Source of the DNA: Eledone cirrhosa
Taxonomy: Eukaryota
Length of the DNA: 64,000 nucleotides
Direction: 5' to 3'
Assembly (NCBI GenBank): GCA_964016885.1
Contig: OZ024744.1
Coordinates: 122,822,001-122,886,000 of the forward strand
The notes beneath the pieces were generated by a model. It was not told where the DNA came from and did no database searches. It worked only from the letters and a program-made list of their open reading frames with translations. Positions within the stretch are counted from its first letter, which is position 1; each line of letters starts with the position of its first letter. The position numbers and the translations under genes were made by a program. Of the stretch, positions 61,101 through 64,000 are shown in pieces.

Positions 61101-61600
61101 TTGGTGAGGCTCTTGCACCCTCCACCCCTATCCGCTAATCCCACACAGTCCCAGCGTGCATCTAAGATCCCGTTCCAGTCGCCCACTAACACTAAAGAGC
61201 GCGACGTTCCAAGAAAGGTCTCCAGACGCCGGAAGAAATCAGGCCGCCCTGCTCCTGTCGGGGCATAGACGGCCACTAGCCTGAAAGCTTGCCCGTCTCC
61301 GCTGGTCACGTCCAGCACCACCAGCTTACCCTCTGGGTCCAGGAAGATGGCCCGTATGGCGAGATCCAAACCTCTCCGAAAAAGTACAGCAACTCCTCCA
61401 CCGGATCCAGGACGGCTGGGAGATGCGTACACATCGTAGCCGCCGAAGATCGGTGCGAAGGCCCGTGCTTCGGAGATTCTGGTCTCGCTGATGGCCACTA
61501 CATCTATGTTTAGTGACCTGAGGTCGTTGAGCAGGTGACCCTGCTTCCATGACGACCCCAAGCCACGCGCATTTATGCTGCCTATTCTGAGTGAGGTCAT
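58181..61600 (-). CDS. ORF2p, 1139 aa (unit 3)
   Basis: Translation matches unit 2. Confidence 0.97.
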   Translation of the reverse strand: MTSLRIGSINARGLGSSWKQGHLLNDLRSLNIDVVAISETRISEARAFAPIFGGYDVYASPSRPGSGGGVAVLFRRGLDLAIRAIFLDPEGKLVVLDVTSGDGQAFRLVAVYAPTGAGRPDFFRRLETFLGTSRSLVLVGDWNGILDARWDCVGLADRGGGCKSLTNLLRRFELSDRYRLDFPNVPMWTWTNRIGSSRSYLDRVFCREIDRSSIGCPQFKIVSYTDHKFVTCVLDLDRLHRQGPGYWKLNASLPARKAYRDRISELVKRALTGAIVNNKWWFALKRAIRIESIRFSKALAIEKNRAEGELVRKLDEALSKGIATDVLAAKLALDQFFNAKHEGCVVRARVRALRHEGTKAVQWARVAEARRGNKATIRSLVDHDGRMLLDPGQMCEAFQRHFAQLFGGSGGPGRGMDFSVYLDGLPRLSATEAKCCEKPITAAEVREAMTGCTRGKSPGLDGLPYELYVQMPDLFGGLLADVYCNWQQNGRIPSSVSRGAVALLRKDPNKGDNIDNFRPITLLNTEFKILAKVLAKRLALVVGGLVGEAQTCAIPDRSIHDNLHLMRYIVERVAREPGTGGSLINLDQSKAFDRVDHRYLAAVLRAAGFGPVFRGWIAAMHSDICSVVRVNGHLSEPFNIMRSVRQGCPLSSLLYVLTLEPLLHKLETLRGVPRELGCGRSVSAYADDVTVVVSNAKHIEAIGTTLREYEAVTGAMINQEKSVGLQLGTWRGRSMPSNSVVGRWTDGPVKLLGVWFGPDLQTDKNWDEVTSRVASLTQKWAERKLSLKGRAEVANAYIASVICYRLTVVPCPKPRLTALERLLFRFLWKGRAPMVRRSICCQHPLRGGLGMPWLMMRRHALRLRHLHLFLDGDQVWSPFARRVFPQLVSLTELQSWVKRRPRGSAWRLECLQALTALDQSGNVIGGNSTSAFYRGLVEGKSDDVLGETLGVDENQLANLFGRTFGPGPMDNFQKSLAWQCYRGALPVRDKLYRHGGAVSRACPRCAQGDETVLHALVQCPKIADLWVYVEHLLSRLGRIQLSSESIVRIAPPSSFSREGQAVFICLVAMAKEIVWWTRLKGLKTSTYLFGDALIDFFKFHLKRKIRVEKEVLSFQHFVERWVREARMARVNGPTLSIYL

Positions 61601-61635
61601 GTTTAAAATAGAGTGGAAAAGATGGGAAAGACCAC

Positions 61636-63732
61636 TTACCGTACTTTTGGTAGAGGAGGGATGGTTTTTACATCCCTTTTCACTTGATCGTCTGGTGAAG
61701 GGACCGTTGAATCGTCCCTTCGGCTGGTCGTCGGCTCTTCTAAGAGAATGTCTGAGTATACTCTTCGATTGATGGTTCCTCCTAGGTCCCTGAAATCACC
61801 AACTGCGTTGGGGAATTTCGTTTTAATATTTGTGTATTGTTTCTGTGCTATTTTTAGCAGTCTTATGTTAGTTGGCGTTTTGATTGGTGCTGGTATTATG
61901 TAGTCCTGTTGTGAAATGTCTGTGTGTTCAATTATGTAAGTCATTAGTTTCTTGTTGTGTGTATTTATTGCCGTGCATTTGTTTTTCTGGGGGTGGGGTG
62001 TGGTTCTGCTATTTTCTTGTCGTTGTTGCTGGGTGTGTGTGTTTTGTTGTTGTGTTTGCGATGTTGGTGCTTGTGGTGGTGGTGTTGAAGGTGTTGTTGG
62101 CGGTGGGGTTGTCGCCGGTGGTGATGGTGGCGCTAGTGTGGGTGGTGATGGTGTTGGTGTTGTTGCTGCTGTGGGTCTCTTTGCAGTAGACTTTACCCTT
62201 TTCTCATTTCTTTCCTCCCTTTTCAAAGGCGACGATGCGCTGCTTCTGCGTTTGTGCCTTCTTACGACCTTTTGCCATCTCTCTCCCACCTCACACTCCA
62301 TGTCTGATTCTGTGAGGTCGGGGAGGGGTACCAACTCCACTCTTTCACTTGTTGTTGTTGGTGATGTTTGCACTGGAGTCTCTGTTGCAGCTGCATTTGG
62401 TATTGCTGTTGTTGTTGTTAGTATTTCCACTGCTGCTGCTGTTTTTGATTTCCGTGGAGTGGGTATGGGTGCCACGGGCCTATCGTTCCTGGTTGCCGCT
62501 TGTCCTGTTGCTGGTAGCCGTGGAGCCGGATTCGGAAGGAGGGGGGTTTTCTCCTTTCTCAGGGTCTTCTCGTTGCAGAAGGCCCTGAGGTGAGTCTTCG
62601 ATCCACAGCGAAAGCATTTCGGGCGTTTGCCCTCAACACTTATGGGCAGTTGAGTGCCGTTATCGAAGTCTATCACATCCGGGATAGCTTCGATGCACTC
62701 CTGGTTGGTTTGGATTAGCATCTCAATGGAGGAGCCGACCCAATCTTCTCTTACTTTTTTCTGTACTTGCAGTACAGTTGTTTTGTCCTCGATTCCGACG
62801 AGGACAGACGCGGCCAGCCAAGAAGGGGTCATTCCGGGGGGGACGTGGGTCAGTTTGACCCTCACAATTTTTTGCCCACAGTAGGAGGGCACCAACACCA
62901 TTTCCTCGCTCCTTAGGGTCACTACTGATTGGGCCTTTGCCTCCTGGGGTGTGGCAAAAAGTACGTCTACGGTGGCATATTTTTTGCCTCGGGTGATGTG
63001 CGTTTTCCGCTGCCACACAGACCCCAAGGCCTTTTGTATTTGGGCCTCTGTGGCTCTTTCCACCCTACGGGATTTTGTACTTACTGTACGGTACGTGACC
63101 GTACAGTGCTCTTGGGTTTCGAAAAAATTTTTCGCTGCCTTGCAGATTGCTCGGTGTCCGTTCTTTGTCACCATCTTCTTCGCTTCCTCTAATTCCTCAT
63201 TTGTTATGAGGATTGTTTCCAAGTTTTTCGCAATACCTGCAAATGAGATTGGTTTTTCTCTGCTGTTGTTGTTGTCGTCAGAGCTGCTGGTACTTTTGTT
63301 GTTGCTGCAGGTACTACGACTACTGCCTCCGCCGCTGTTGCTGTGGTTGTTGTTGGTGTTGCTGCTGCTAATGCTGTTGTTGTTTATGCTGCTGGTGATG
63401 CTGTTGCGGCTGCTACTGTTGTTTTCATTGTCACTGTTGCTGTTGTTATTACGGCTGCTACTGCTATTATTCCTGACGTCAGACGAATGAACTGGGTTTT
63501 CGTATTTCCCGCACACCTGTTTCGTCGCTGTCGTCGTCGTCGTGGAGAAACCTTGCACGCTTTGCACGAGACTTTTCTTTTCTTTCGTCGCTTGTGAAAG
63601 AGAAGGGAGGGAGAGAGACACATTTAAAGAAGGGAGGGAGAGAGACAATCTTCTCTCTGCTGTAGTGATGATTGAGGAAGAAGAAGACGGAATGAGTGGG
63701 AGTGACGTATGAAATTTCTTTTTCGTAGCCAT
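61636..63732 (-). CDS. ORF1p, 698 aa (unit 3)
   Basis: Translation matches units 1 and 2. Confidence 0.93.
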   Translation of the reverse strand: MATKKKFHTSLPLIPSSSSSIITTAERRLSLSLPSLNVSLSLPSLSQATKEKKSLVQSVQGFSTTTTTATKQVCGKYENPVHSSDVRNNSSSSRNNNSNSDNENNSSSRNSITSSINNNSISSSNTNNNHSNSGGGSSRSTCSNNKSTSSSDDNNNSREKPISFAGIAKNLETILITNEELEEAKKMVTKNGHRAICKAAKNFFETQEHCTVTYRTVSTKSRRVERATEAQIQKALGSVWQRKTHITRGKKYATVDVLFATPQEAKAQSVVTLRSEEMVLVPSYCGQKIVRVKLTHVPPGMTPSWLAASVLVGIEDKTTVLQVQKKVREDWVGSSIEMLIQTNQECIEAIPDVIDFDNGTQLPISVEGKRPKCFRCGSKTHLRAFCNEKTLRKEKTPLLPNPAPRLPATGQAATRNDRPVAPIPTPRKSKTAAAVEILTTTTAIPNAAATETPVQTSPTTTSERVELVPLPDLTESDMECEVGERWQKVVRRHKRRSSASSPLKREERNEKRVKSTAKRPTAATTPTPSPPTLAPPSPPATTPPPTTPSTPPPQAPTSQTQQQNTHTQQQRQENSRTTPHPQKNKCTAINTHNKKLMTYIIEHTDISQQDYIIPAPIKTPTNIRLLKIAQKQYTNIKTKFPNAVGDFRDLGGTINRRVYSDILLEEPTTSRRDDSTVPSPDDQVKRDVKTIPPLPKVR

Positions 63733-63948
63733 GTTGTTTTTTTGTTTAAAATGAAATTTTGGGTACAAAACCCCAATAACTGGTTATTTAACCCCGAAGG
63801 GCCAAATAACGGACAGAAAGACCCCTCTCACGAGGAGGAGGGTGTCTTTATCAACAATTTGGTTCAAGTTTTAAACAATTTACAATTGTTTTAACGGTTA
63901 AAAATTACTATACCTTACAGAGCCGAGCCTCCGTCAACCATGGCATTC

Positions 63949-64000
63949 AATAATAATAATAATAATGATTTCTTTATTAACCACAAGGGTTTACATAAAG
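63949..64000 (-). mobile_element. 3' end of tandem unit 4 (continues beyond the window)
   Basis: (AAT)6GATTTCTTTATTAACCACAAGGG, identical to the other junctions. Confidence 0.92.

Larger units (their letters stand above)
57901..63948 (-). mobile_element. Intact LINE, tandem unit 3 (6048 bp), tail (TTA)6
   Basis: ORF track matches unit 2 shifted by 6048. Confidence 0.97.

Overview
Eukaryotic (animal) repeat-only window with no host gene. From memory, not a database search, the SINEs resemble cephalopod/Octopus repeats. 1-12684 is a cryptic (AGT[AAC]3-4)n satellite with 1918-bp and ~5.3-kb higher-order duplications. 12682-38850 is a head-to-tail stack of nine decayed or truncated L1/Tx1-clade non-LTR retrotransposons, all on +, mostly ending in (TATC)n-like tails. 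It carries nested tRNA-SINEs and a mariner. 39548-64000 is a second stack, all on -, with (TTA)n tails. It holds one decayed copy interrupted by a fold-back DNA transposon, then three near-identical intact 6048-bp elements (ORF1 698 aa; ORF2 1139 aa, APE-RT-zinc finger) and the start of a fourth. Most notable: all six distinct ORF1/ORF2 junctions (eight copies) place the ORF1 stop inside a GTAAGT splice-donor consensus, and most ORF2 stops form an acceptor-like CTGTAG|G, so ORF2 may be a removable intron. Also notable: structure-conserved 5' UTR hairpins, a SINE sharing the LINE 3' end, and a fold-back transposon that captured a LINE 3' end.
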